NCBI GenBank assembly: GCA_963790025.1
Contig: CAWBMP010000004.1
Coordinates: forward strand, 640,001 to 704,000
Direction: 5' to 3'
DNA length: 64,000 nucleotides
DNA from: Nitrospirota bacterium
GTDB taxonomy: Bacteria > Nitrospirota > Thermodesulfovibrionia > Thermodesulfovibrionales > Dissulfurispiraceae
The notes under the pieces are model-generated. The model was not told where the DNA came from. It did not search any database and saw nothing but the letters and a program-made list of their open reading frames with translations. This document shows, piece after piece, positions 48,899 through 59,063 of this stretch. The position numbers and the translations under genes are program-made. Numbering within the stretch: the stretch's first letter is position 1; each line of letters begins with the position of its first letter.

Positions 48899-49131
48899 TG
48901 TACTTGGCAAAAACCGATACCTGGTATCTGGAACGTATAATCTGGCTAATAGCCGGAATTTTCTCATTGTCGAGCGCAGTGCTGGCATGGGCCTACAGCC
49001 CTTACTGGCTCATTTTGACGGCCCTTGTGGGCCTAAATCTGATTGTGTTTGCGCTGACCGGATACTGTCTCATGGCAAATATCATATACAAACTCGGCGC
49101 GAAACCGCGACTGCAAAAAAAGGCTGAATAA
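48898..49131 (+). CDS. DUF2892/YgaP-like small membrane protein
   Basis: ERIIWLIAG...VGLNL...TGYCL. Confidence 0.8.
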   Translation: MYLAKTDTWYLERIIWLIAGIFSLSSAVLAWAYSPYWLILTALVGLNLIVFALTGYCLMANIIYKLGAKPRLQKKAE

Positions 49132-49198
49132 CATAATCAGAAGGCATAAGGAGATAACCTTTTATCAGCGGTGACCACTGTGAGTCCGGCAGCAGGTG

Positions 49199-49636
49199 TC
49201 AGGCGCGCCGTTTCTCATCCGTATTTTTTGAAGTGCCTTCCTGACACGATTCGGCCAAGACTTGTTTGCGAGTCTGGTCGCGCAGATACTCCAGCAACTC
49301 CTGCCAACTCACGCCACGCCGTTGCGTCTCGCTCTTGATCCAATCCAACATCAACAGTCGCCGGGAAAGTGGTATGCCTTCAGTGCCAACTGCCAGCGTG
49401 GTGCCGCAAGGACAGTTAGCAAGAGCCATGGTTCCGGTTGGCCTCGTGGTGTTCCAATCGCCAAGTTCTGCATCATAGGATACCATCGATCCCACTCGTT
49501 CGGTGATCAGTATATACTCCCGTAGCGAGGCAAAATGGCGGTGACAATTGGAACAGACCTTGGGGAAAAGTCCTTCCAAGTGTTCGCGCATAGTCCCTAT
49601 AACTTCAGCTTCTGTCACCGTAGGAGAGGTTGTCAT
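49199..49636 (-). CDS. Hypothetical protein with FPKxCxxC and NCxCGTTL motifs (putative Zn-binding)
   Basis: ORF with two Cys pairs. Confidence 0.65.
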   Translation of the reverse strand: MTTSPTVTEAEVIGTMREHLEGLFPKVCSNCHRHFASLREYILITERVGSMVSYDAELGDWNTTRPTGTMALANCPCGTTLAVGTEGIPLSRRLLMLDWIKSETQRRGVSWQELLEYLRDQTRKQVLAESCQEGTSKNTDEKRRA

Positions 49637-49890
49637 CTCACATAATTATTAACTATTTGTCGTTATATTAGCAGACTTTGGGGCAAATTAAAAGGAATAA
49701 ATAATTATTTTTAGGACCTTTGATGATTTCGGGAGTCATGATGTTGAGCGGAATGATAATTTGATGGACTTCGTTTGACAAAATCGGCGCCGATGGCGGG
49801 TCAGCTTTCCATGCCCCTTAACAGATTTCGTCAAGAGTCAACGGGCTGACCCATTATACATACCGCTTTTTTCCCTGCTAAATGGGTGGA

Positions 49891-50253
49891 TTATGAATCA
49901 AACTCACCCACTGGATGATGAATCAAAATGCATCTGAGTTTCGAAATGTTAAGTTCCCGGGCTATTTCCACATAATGTGGGTTGCTCAGGAGGGTGTAGC
50001 CGTCTGAATCGCAATAAACATGCACAGCATCTTCGAGTCCAGGATTTGCTATTACAGCCATGACTCTTGCTCTTTCTTCCTGGGAAATCGGCAGATCACG
50101 AAGATACCCCGGCACATTGATGGCTGATACCGGTACATATATTATTTCTTCACCATACAGTATCGCTGACGCATTATTGATTTCTTCCATATCATTGAAC
50201 TCCTTTGCTGCTTCTGTCTTATTGTTTGTGATCTGTGCTACAAGGCTTTCCAT
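49891..50253 (-). CDS. Small protein resembling a divergent ParB/Srx N-terminal domain
   Basis: YVPVSAI...R...GLEDAVHV...GYTLLSNPH...ARELN...CIL pattern; AAAGGA SD. Confidence 0.5.
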   Translation of the reverse strand: MESLVAQITNNKTEAAKEFNDMEEINNASAILYGEEIIYVPVSAINVPGYLRDLPISQEERARVMAVIANPGLEDAVHVYCDSDGYTLLSNPHYVEIARELNISKLRCILIHHPVGEFDS

Positions 50254-50500
50254 ACACTATCCTTTCGAGACATGATTTACCTATCCTGAAGGACAGGTTG
50301 CAACAAGGTTTTGATGCGACCATGCGGACGCATCAGGCCTGCATGCAGAAGTGGTCCAATTGCAATAAATTGCCAAGGCAATAATGCGTGCAACCATAAG
50401 AACATTGCATGGGCGATAGAGAATACGGCTGAACAAAATTTGAAATCTCCGTACAGAGTGGTGGCCGTTGGAACGGCCTCTGTATGAAGTGTATGGAGGC

Positions 50501-50586
50501 TCGCTCTTCGGTAACCAGGCTATCCCAAAGGGACCCATGGCTTTGCGTCCCACAATTACTTGTGGTTTGCCTTTTTCAGAAACGAT
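50501..50586 (-). ncRNA. c-di-GMP-I (GEMM-I) riboswitch
   Basis: AAAGGCAAACCACAA-GTAA-TTGTGGGACGCAAAGCCATGGGTCCC...GGATAGCCTGGTTACCGAA. Confidence 0.88.
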
Positions 50587-50711
50587 CGGCTATTCGCCTT
50601 AATGTGATTCTAGCAAACTCTCATTTTCTTGTCAAGAAAAAATTTTGGATCTTTCAAGCTGAGCAAACTGTGGCTGCGGTCTTCATGAGAACCACCCGTA
50701 AATTATTTAAA

Positions 50712-51617
50712 TCAAAACGGGAGAAAGAACCTGAAGTTTTTCACAAAGTCTTTAAACGCCCTCGTGACTATAGTCGAGAGATCTTTTTCAACACCGATGA
50801 AATAAAATTTCCTGTAGAGTTTTCTCCCCGTAACAGGTATGACCTTTACAGTGCCTTCTTTTATCGCCTTAAATGCCGACCATTTTGAGACAAACGAGAT
50901 TCCCAATCCCGACTGTACCATCTGGATGATCACTTCAGGATTTCCCAGAGACATTGTTACGGATATCTTATTAGGGTCGTATTTCATCTCCTGAACGAAA
51001 TCATCGATGAATTCCCTGATGCCTGTTCCGATTTCCGGCATTATGAAGGGTTGTGACAATAACTCCTGTGGGGCCACATTGTTTTTTTTCGCAAGGGGAT
51101 TGTCCTCCGATGCTATTACGACTATTTCATCCTCGGCAATTGCCTCGGCACACACCACCGGGTTTTTCAGGTTGCCTTCCACAATTCCGATATCGATCTT
51201 CCCTTCAAGCAGCAAGTTGATGACCGCTTCGGTATTCGAGACGGAGAGTTCTATCTTGACCTCGGGATATGCCTTTGAAAAATTGTAAAAGACCTGCGGA
51301 AGCAGATATATCCCGGCTGTTGTGCTGGCACCCAGGTATAGCGGGCCTTTTACAGTTTTTGTAAGCCTGTATACATCATTCTCCATCTCCTTATATTGTC
51401 CAAGTATTTTCCTGGCATGGCTGTAGAACAGTCTTCCGGCAGGTGTTGTAGTCACGCTCTTGGATTGCCGGCTGAGGAGCCTGACTCCGAGCTCGTCTTC
51501 GAGGTTCTTTATAAGATGGCTCATGGCAGACTGCGATATGAACTTGGCTTCTGCGGCTTTTGAAAAACTCTTCATTTCTACGACAAGGCAGAATGCCTTT
51601 AGTCTGTGGTCTTCCAT
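50712..51617 (-). CDS. LysR-family regulator (CysL/YeiE-like)
   Basis: MEDHRLKAF, SFSKAA, SQSAMS, GASTT; TTGACA-17-TACAAT-7-ATG. Confidence 0.92.
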   Translation of the reverse strand: MEDHRLKAFCLVVEMKSFSKAAEAKFISQSAMSHLIKNLEDELGVRLLSRQSKSVTTTPAGRLFYSHARKILGQYKEMENDVYRLTKTVKGPLYLGASTTAGIYLLPQVFYNFSKAYPEVKIELSVSNTEAVINLLLEGKIDIGIVEGNLKNPVVCAEAIAEDEIVVIASEDNPLAKKNNVAPQELLSQPFIMPEIGTGIREFIDDFVQEMKYDPNKISVTMSLGNPEVIIQMVQSGLGISFVSKWSAFKAIKEGTVKVIPVTGRKLYRKFYFIGVEKDLSTIVTRAFKDFVKNFRFFLPF

Positions 51618-51693
51618 TCGGATTATTGTAAGTAGATCGCCGGGCAGTGTCAATGTGAACAAATCAAAACTGTCAGGGCAACGACTCCAGAAA

Positions 51694-54438
51694 TCACAAC
51701 CTGTCAATCCTCACCGCGCATGATTTGTATTCGGGGGTGCCTGTAATCGGGTCCCTGAATCCTGAAGTCAGTAGGTTTGAAAGCGCATCTCTATGATGGA
51801 AGGTCAGAAATACATTGCCGGTCTGTAAGCGGTCTGATACCTTTATCTTTACCTTTATTTCACCCCTTCTCGAGGATACTTTGACCCATCCGGCGTTCTC
51901 TATGCCCAGTGCTGAAGCGTCTTCCGAACTGATCTCAAGCAGTTCTTCAGGGACTATCTCTGCAATCCCTCTGCACCGCATTGTCATTGAGCCGTTGTTA
52001 TAATGCTCACGTATCCTGCCGGTTATGAGCACTAATGGGTATTCCTGGTCCGGCACTTCGCCTGAACCTATGTGGTCGAGGACCATGAATTTCGCCAGGC
52101 CTCCCGGTCTTGAGAACAAGTCCGAGTACAATGTAGTTGTGCCCGGATGGTCTTTTGTCGGACACGGCCACTGTATGCCCTGTTTTTCAATGCGGCGATA
52201 ACTTATCCCGCCGTAAATCGTGACAAGACTTGCGATTTCGTCCATGATCTCCGATGGATGATTGTAATGCATTGGATAACCCATCAGGGTGGAAAGCCGC
52301 GAGATGACCTGCCATTCGGCCATTCCTGACAGCGGTTCGATTGCCTTTCTGACACGCTGCACCCTGCGTTCACCATTAGTGAATGTGCCGTCCTTTTCAG
52401 CAAAACTTGCGCCGGGGAGAATCACATCAGCAAACTTCGTGGTCTCGGTATGGAATATGTCCTGGACAACGAGGAATTCGACCGCTTCAAGCGCCCCACG
52501 CACATGGTGGAGATCGGCATCCGTCTGTGCCGGGTCCTCGCCGAGTATGAATATGCCCTTAAACTTCCCCCTCCGGCATTCATCGAGCATCTCAACGGAT
52601 TTAAGTCCCGGCCTGGGATCTATTTTTACACCCCATGCCTTTTCAAATTTAGCGCGCACTTCCGGACTTGTTACGGATTGATATCCCGGAAGAGTAGCAG
52701 GCAGTGGACCCAGGTCGGAAGCGCCCTGGACATTGTTCTGTCCTCTGAGGGCCATAATGCCTGTTGACGGCCTGCCGAGATGTCCGCAGACAAGTGCAAG
52801 GTTCGCAATTGCCATCGCATTCTCTGTGCCGGTCCGGTGTTCGGTAATGCCGAGACCATAAACGATCATCGCTTTTCCTGCATGCGAATACAGCCGTGCC
52901 GCTTCGATTATCTTTTCTTTTGAAACTCCGGTAAGAATCTCGACCCTGTCGAGATCATACTCTGCTACCTTTGCCTTGAGTTCTTCAAACCCTTCTGTCC
53001 TTTTGGCGATAAAATCCCTGTTTTCCCAGCCGTTCTCCAATATCACATTGACGAGGCCGTTCAACATTGCTATATTGCTGCCGGGCTTAAGGTTAAGCCA
53101 GACGTCGGCCCGATTGGCCATCCAGGTCTTTCTCGGGTCTCCGACAATAAGCTTTGCACCGTTGCGCAATCCTTTTTTAAGCCAGAGGGAAATGATCGGA
53201 TGGCCTTCCGTCGGATTCGAGCCGAACAAAAACAGGGCATCCAGGTCCGCCATCTGGCTTAATGAATTGGTGGAAGCTCCTGCTCCGAGGCTTGTGGCCA
53301 GACCGGCCACAGTGGGCGCGTGTCAGACCCGGGCGCAGTTGTCCACATTATTGGAACCGACTGCGCATCTGACCCATTTAGAAAGCAGATAATTCTCCTC
53401 ATTCGTACAGCGCGACGAGGAAAAGCCGCCTACCTTTTCAGGGCCGTATTTATCTATGAGTTCCCTGAATTTCGAGGCAACAAGATTGAGCGCCTCGTCC
53501 CATGTCGCCTCGCGAAAACACTTGCCTTCTTTTATCAGCGGCGTCCTAATTCTGTCGTCGCTGTGAATGAACTCGTAGCCGTATCTTCCCTTTATGCAGA
53601 GGTTGCCCCTGTTCACCGGGGCCTCATAGTCCGATGTCACTTTGACAACTCTGTCGTTCTTCACGTTCAAAAAGAAGTTGCAGCCGGTCCCGCAGTATGT
53701 ACAGGTGGTCTTCACCTGTTTCATCTGATATTTGCGTCCCTTGCCCCTGCCCCTCCTGTCAGTCAACGCAGCAGTCGGGCACGTGGAAACACATTGTCCG
53801 CAGAACTCGCAGTTCTCGAGAGAGCGGGGTTTCCGGAATGCCGTGTCCGGGAGCGCATCAAAACCCCTTCCGGTAATTTCGATAGTCCCGGCCATCACAA
53901 CATCGTTGCATATCCTTGTACACCGGCCGCACACTATGCACTTGTTCGGCTCATAGGTTATAAAGGGGTTGTCCTCCCTTACAGGCAGGTCCCACTTCTC
54001 GCCCCTCAAGTCGGCTGAATTTAACTCAGTATTCGCGGCAGGACTCCCATGGTCAGCCCCGTATTCATACACAATGTCCTGAAGCTGGCAGTCGCCTGTC
54101 TTTTCGCAATGAGGGCAATCGAAGGGGTGGTTGGAGAGAATCAGCGCTAGATTCGTTTTTCTCAACTCAGTAAGTGTTTCGCTCTCGGTTATGACCTCCA
54201 TGCCGTCCACGACAGGAGTTGTACAGGAAGAAAGAGGTCTGTCGGACCCCTTCACTTCAACAAGGCAGAGCCTGCAGCCGCCATACGGCTCAAGGCGCTT
54301 GTCATAGCACAACGTCGGAATCTTTATGTTCGTATCCCTGCATACATCAAGGATGGTTTTTCCGCTCTCGCAGGATACAGCGGCGTTATTTATTTTGATT
54401 GTGATCAGCTTTTCGGATGTCTGTGTTATCAAATTCAT
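51694..54438 (-). CDS. fdhA: Selenocysteine formate dehydrogenase alpha subunit with N-terminal Fe-S domains (914 aa, Sec372)
   Basis: The two track ORFs join through TGA 53325-53323: DNCARV-U-HAPTVAGL. Also CTYCGTGC, RGQNNVQG, PEYKSCAV. Confidence 0.95.
53293..53311 (-). promoter_or_regulatory. SECIS element of fdhA
   Basis: TGTGGCC-GGTCT-GGCCACA hairpin starting 11 nt after the UGA, like the E. coli fdhF SECIS. Confidence 0.9.
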
Positions 54439-54452
54439 TCTCCTCTATATTA

Positions 54453-54599
54453 AGTACTTAAATTCATAAATACGGTTGCATTTGATCACCGCTGCATCCG
54501 TTCCAACTTCGATGCACTCCTTCGCCGTACTTGATGGTACGCCTCAGTCCTGCGCATCGCCGCTCTCGGTGCGACGCCGTATCCATGAGCTGAAGTACT
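54453..54599. repeat. Palindromic MITE/REP-like element upstream of fdhA
   Basis: Imperfect terminal inverted repeats AGTACTTAAATTCATAAATACGG / CCGTATCCATGAGCTGAAGTACT; inner CGTAC...GTACG. Confidence 0.55.
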
Positions 54600-54790
54600 G
54601 AGATTGGCACATTCCCGTATATTAAATAGGAGAATCCCGGCAGTCAAACTCATAATATTCATGTTACTGATGAATCACGTTCATGGAGAAGATAAATGAT
54701 ATAGACTTGCTTTCCATAGATAAAAAGACTAATCTTTAATACGGAGACCCGTTTCTTAAGAACGCTATCTTTAACTGAGGAGGACCCGCT

Positions 54791-55597
54791 ATGCCGCAAG
54801 AGAAAGCAAGCCTCATCATCGCATCTACGACAAGCACTCTGAACTCTGGACTTTTCGACATACTGATCCCGGCTTATGAGAAATCCAGTAAGTATGGCGT
54901 AAAAGTGGAGATTGTCGCAGTGGGCACGGGAAAGGCGATCAGGATCGCTAAAAAAGGCGAGGCCGATATGCTCTTCGTTCACGATCCTTTCCGGGAGGAG
55001 AAATTTATTGCCGAAGGTTACGGAGTCAATAGAAGGGCTGTAATGCACAATGATTTTGTCATTCTCGGCCCTAAAAATGACCCTGCAAAGATCAAAAATG
55101 TGAAGACAGCGGTAGAGGCATTCGAGGACATAGCCGACAAGGGCGCCCCCTTTATATCGAGAGGCGATGACTCCGGTACCAACATAAAAGAGCTTGACAT
55201 ATGGGATGATACGGGAATCAATCCGAAGGGCAAGGGCTGGTACTTTGAAAGCGGGACCAAAATGGGGGACACATTAACGATGGCGCATCAGAGCAAGGCC
55301 TATACCATCTCCGACATTGGAACATTCCTCAATTATGAAACGAGGATAGACCTGAGGATCCTTTTCAGGGGAGACCCGATCCTGAAAAATTATTATAGTG
55401 TCATTGCAGTGAGCCCGGAGAGGTTCCCGGAGATCAAGTACAGGGAAGCTATGGCTTTTATTGCCTTTGTTACATCTCCCGAAGGGCAAAAGATTATAGC
55501 GGCCTACGTAAAGCACGGCATAAACCTTTTTTATCCTGATGCAGTCCCATCTGTAATGCACAAAAAACAAGCTGCCGGGAAAAAGAAAGCAAAGTGA
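54791..55597 (+). CDS. Second TupA-like tungstate-binding protein with no evident signal peptide
   Basis: STTSTLNSGL, GTGKA, MHNDF, SRGDDSGT. Confidence 0.85.
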   Translation: MPQEKASLIIASTTSTLNSGLFDILIPAYEKSSKYGVKVEIVAVGTGKAIRIAKKGEADMLFVHDPFREEKFIAEGYGVNRRAVMHNDFVILGPKNDPAKIKNVKTAVEAFEDIADKGAPFISRGDDSGTNIKELDIWDDTGINPKGKGWYFESGTKMGDTLTMAHQSKAYTISDIGTFLNYETRIDLRILFRGDPILKNYYSVIAVSPERFPEIKYREAMAFIAFVTSPEGQKIIAAYVKHGINLFYPDAVPSVMHKKQAAGKKKAK

Positions 55598-55767
55598 CTT
55601 CACCTGAAATACCTGAAAAGTAATTCGCATCCCGAAAAAAGGATTACTTGGTCCCTGCCTGATATGATTTTAGTGTTGAATGAGGGATGTTGGATTTGGC
55701 ACGCAAGATGCTATGATAGAAAATTAAGGCATTATGCCTGATAAATTTTTCCCAGGGGAGGAATTAG

Positions 55768-56022
55768 ATGAAAAGAATTCTCGCAGTAGTTGTCATTGCC
55801 ATACTTCTTGTCGGCGGCACAGTCGGTATTTGTACAGCCGACGAGCCTCATATGAGGGCCGCTCTCGAACGTCTAAAGGAAGCAAGGGCACAGTTGGAGA
55901 AAGCCGCACCTAACAAGGGAGGGCACAGGGAAAAAGCGATTGAACTCATCAACCACGCTATTGAACAGGTAAAAGCAGGCATTCAGTTCAGTGAACGCGG
56001 TGAACACCACGAGAAATATTAG
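55768..56022 (+). CDS. Small exported helical protein (HM...NKGGHR motif)
   Basis: Signal peptide; paralog of the next ORF. Confidence 0.8.
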   Translation: MKRILAVVVIAILLVGGTVGICTADEPHMRAALERLKEARAQLEKAAPNKGGHREKAIELINHAIEQVKAGIQFSERGEHHEKY

Positions 56023-56031
56023 GAGGCCTTC

Positions 56032-56286
56032 ATGAACAAAAAGACCATCCGGGCCTTTGTTATCAGCTCACTATTAATTGGCTTAATGGCAGGATGCGCC
56101 GGCCCCCAGGTTGTTCATCAACCCCGAATGGAAGCTGCCCTGGAAGATTTAAGAGCGGCAAAGGAGGAGTTGGAGAGGGCTGCACCCAATAAGGGAGGGC
56201 ACAGGGAAAGGGCGATTGAATTGATCGATCGTGCTATAGAACAGGTAAAAGAAGGGATAGAGGCCGGAGAAAGGTACGTTAGATAA
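56032..56286 (+). CDS. Small lipoprotein paralog (NKGGHR motif)
   Basis: LMAGC lipobox; AAPNKGGHRE shared with the previous ORF. Confidence 0.8.
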   Translation: MNKKTIRAFVISSLLIGLMAGCAGPQVVHQPRMEAALEDLRAAKEELERAAPNKGGHRERAIELIDRAIEQVKEGIEAGERYVR

Positions 56287-56299
56287 TTATGCTAAAGAC

Positions 56300-56325
56300 G
56301 AGGGGGCCCTTCTGCGGGCCCCTCT
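56300..56325 (+). terminator. Terminator-like hairpin
   Basis: GAGGGGGCCC...GGGCCCCTC. Confidence 0.55.
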
Positions 56326-56412
56326 ATTATGGACCTGGAACTGATGGGGTCCCGCGGCTGATCTGATTTCAAATTAATTCTGAGGCCGGGGTCCTTTTCC
56401 GCAAATCCGGGA

Positions 56413-58023
56413 TTACTTTTTCTTCCAGTAGGGGCTGGATAAATCTTCAAAAGCCGATATAGCAGCAACAGAACCCTGCCCTACGGCAGTAGCTATCTGC
56501 TTTACCCCTCCAGTCACATCACCTGCCGCATAGACCATATGCATAGAGGTCCTCTGCCCACTGTCGGCTTTGATATATCCATCCTTGTCCATCGAAAGGT
56601 CAAGCATCCCTGCAATCTCATTGTTGGGGGTGTAACCGATCGAGATAAAGACTCCATCCAGACGCATTTCTTTGAGGGACCCATCCTTAAGGTTTTTAAG
56701 CCTCACCGCATCTACGTGGTCTTTTCCATAAATCCTGTCAACCACCGTGTTCCACAATATAGGGATCTTTCTCTCGGTCAGGCTCTTTTGGAGAAAGGCT
56801 TCAGCCCTTAAAGCAGGACCACGGTGAACGATGGATACATTCGCACCAATACTGTTCAGGTACAGCGCGTCGGTTGCAGCGGAGTTCCCGCCGCCCACTA
56901 TGATCAGCTTCCCGTTGTCCTTGAAAAAATAACCGTCGCAGGTTGAGCAATAACTTACACCTCTGCCGAACAGGGCTTTTTCTCCTGGGGCATCCAGCTT
57001 CTTATGCTCGGCGCCGGTAACAAGTATAATGCCTTTGGTCCTGAACATCCTCCTGGTTGTTTTCAGCTCGAATATGTCATTTATTTTTTTGACATCCACT
57101 ACGCCTTCACTTTCAAAGATATAAGTGTATTGCAGTGCCTGCTGGTACATTATATCTACCAGGTTCTTTCCCCCTATCTGGCTGTAGCCGGGATAATTTT
57201 CAACAATAGGCGTTATGAGCACCTGTCCGCCTACTGTCGCCTTTTCGATAACGGCGGTTTTCAAGCCGCTCCTGCCGGCATAAATGCCGGCAGCAAGTCC
57301 ACCCGGCCCGCCTCCGACGATTGCTATATCCAGGTCCACAACATCCCCGGAAAATAAGGCTGACATGAACTCAGCGGATTTCAGGCTGATGATCTCCTCG
57401 ACAAACGACTCGGGAGGCCGCACGCCGGTGCCTATCGGCACTTCATTTATGACCGTAAAGGGAACGGTAAGTATATGGTATTTATCCACGTAGTCCCTGT
57501 TCTCGTACATTTCGATCACTTCAACCGTAATGAGATCGGGCAACGCGATAGCGGCTGAAATGGCAACCAGAGCGTGCTGCGGACAGTAAGGACAGGAAGG
57601 GGACACAAAGACCTGGATATGCCTGGGCTCCTTCAATTCAAAGAGCCTTTTCAATGCCTGGTCGGGAATTATACTGCCGTTATTCGAGGCAAGAATAACG
57701 GCCATTATCAGGGTGCGCCCTTCTTCTCCGACAGGAGAGCCGACATAGCTGATTTTGAATTTGCCGGGGCTTATAAGGATAGTTGGAGAGCGGGTAATCC
57801 CTTTCCGCTTTGCCTCCTCACTTTCCAGCGTGAAAAAGCGCACCTTTATCTTATCCGTAAGCTCGGCGATTCCTGTGAGGAGCAAAGCGGTCGCCTCGTT
57901 GAACTGGTTAGACTCTTTGTTAAGAAACACCTCTATCTCAACAATATCTTTCAGTTGCTTGAATGTATCCCGGAGTACCTTTTTTGTTTCCTCAGGTAGT
58001 ATTACCTCGGACTTATTTTCCAC
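56413..58023 (-). CDS. AhpF-like thioredoxin-disulfide reductase with N-terminal thioredoxin domains
   Basis: CPYC, GGGPGG, GVSYCSTCDG, GGGNSA, AAGD. Confidence 0.9.
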   Translation of the reverse strand: MENKSEVILPEETKKVLRDTFKQLKDIVEIEVFLNKESNQFNEATALLLTGIAELTDKIKVRFFTLESEEAKRKGITRSPTILISPGKFKISYVGSPVGEEGRTLIMAVILASNNGSIIPDQALKRLFELKEPRHIQVFVSPSCPYCPQHALVAISAAIALPDLITVEVIEMYENRDYVDKYHILTVPFTVINEVPIGTGVRPPESFVEEIISLKSAEFMSALFSGDVVDLDIAIVGGGPGGLAAGIYAGRSGLKTAVIEKATVGGQVLITPIVENYPGYSQIGGKNLVDIMYQQALQYTYIFESEGVVDVKKINDIFELKTTRRMFRTKGIILVTGAEHKKLDAPGEKALFGRGVSYCSTCDGYFFKDNGKLIIVGGGNSAATDALYLNSIGANVSIVHRGPALRAEAFLQKSLTERKIPILWNTVVDRIYGKDHVDAVRLKNLKDGSLKEMRLDGVFISIGYTPNNEIAGMLDLSMDKDGYIKADSGQRTSMHMVYAAGDVTGGVKQIATAVGQGSVAAISAFEDLSSPYWKKK

Positions 58024-58075
58024 TCTTTTCTCCTTAAATTACTCAACCCTGGTTTAAAATATAGTATAATTATAC

Positions 58076-59005
58076 ATGCTAAAAGTCGGTTTTGCCTATG
58101 ACCCTGTTTTTTTGAAACATGTTACTCCTCTGGGACACCCTGAGTCTAGAGAGCGACTGATAGCCGTAACCGGCGGCCTTGAGCGGGCTCCCTTCTGGAA
58201 GGACCTTGTCCGGATAGCCCCGTCAAAAGCCGAGCATAGCGACATTGCGCTTGTGCATACGGATAGCTACATCAATAAAGTGATAAATTTTGGTACGGGC
58301 CACCTCGATCCCGACACGTATATGTCCGAGGGCAGCCTTGAAGCAGCGCTTTACGCCGCCGGCGCAGTAATAGAGGCTGTCGAGAAATGCAAATCAGGAA
58401 AGATACTGCGGGCCTTTTGTGCAGTGAGGCCTCCCGGACACCATGCGGAGGCACACCGTGGTATGGGGTTCTGTATCTTTAATAATGTTGCTATCGGCGC
58501 CCGGTATGCGCAACAGGCGGGGTATGAAAGGGTATTTATTATTGATTTCGATGTCCATCACGGCAATGGAACACAACATATTTTTGAAGAGGACGATACC
58601 GTTTTTTATTTCAGCACCCATCAATCCCCTCACTACCCGGGCACCGGCAGCAAAACCGAGCGGGGAAAAGGCAGGGGCGAGGGATATACATATAATTTGA
58701 CCATGCCCCACGGTTCCGGTGACAAGGAGTTTTTCCATGCATATTGTGAAGTGCTTCCAGGGTTGGTGAAGGCCTTTGCCCCCGACATTCTCCTCGTCTC
58801 TGCCGGATACGATATACATGTAAATGACCCGCTCGCTGGTTTACGGGTAACCGATGAGGGCATACGCGCTATTGTTTCCTGTATTCTCTCATCCCCTGTT
58901 TCGGCGCATATACCGGCTATATTTTCACTTGAAGGCGGTTATAACATTACCGCGCTCGGCAATTCGGTACGTATAACGATGGAAGAATTGCTGCGCACAA
59001 AATAA
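58076..59005 (+). CDS. Histone deacetylase-family protein
   Basis: [31 protein letters not shown]. Confidence 0.95.
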   Translation: MLKVGFAYDPVFLKHVTPLGHPESRERLIAVTGGLERAPFWKDLVRIAPSKAEHSDIALVHTDSYINKVINFGTGHLDPDTYMSEGSLEAALYAAGAVIEAVEKCKSGKILRAFCAVRPPGHHAEAHRGMGFCIFNNVAIGARYAQQAGYERVFIIDFDVHHGNGTQHIFEEDDTVFYFSTHQSPHYPGTGSKTERGKGRGEGYTYNLTMPHGSGDKEFFHAYCEVLPGLVKAFAPDILLVSAGYDIHVNDPLAGLRVTDEGIRAIVSCILSSPVSAHIPAIFSLEGGYNITALGNSVRITMEELLRTK

Positions 59006-59063
59006 TTAAGCGTTGCTTTTAAACATCCTATACCCTTAAATCCAAGTTGAGTTACAATATAAT

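Noticed and set aside
49199..49636. c-type cytochrome (CSNCH)
   Set aside because: No export signal; a second Cys pair suggests a Zn site instead.
50281..50553. 90-aa minus-strand ORF
   Set aside because: Starts inside the riboswitch aptamer; no SD or homology cue.
54453..54599. Moco/Wco riboswitch upstream of fdhA
   Set aside because: I could not match the consensus; terminal inverted repeats favour a repeat element.
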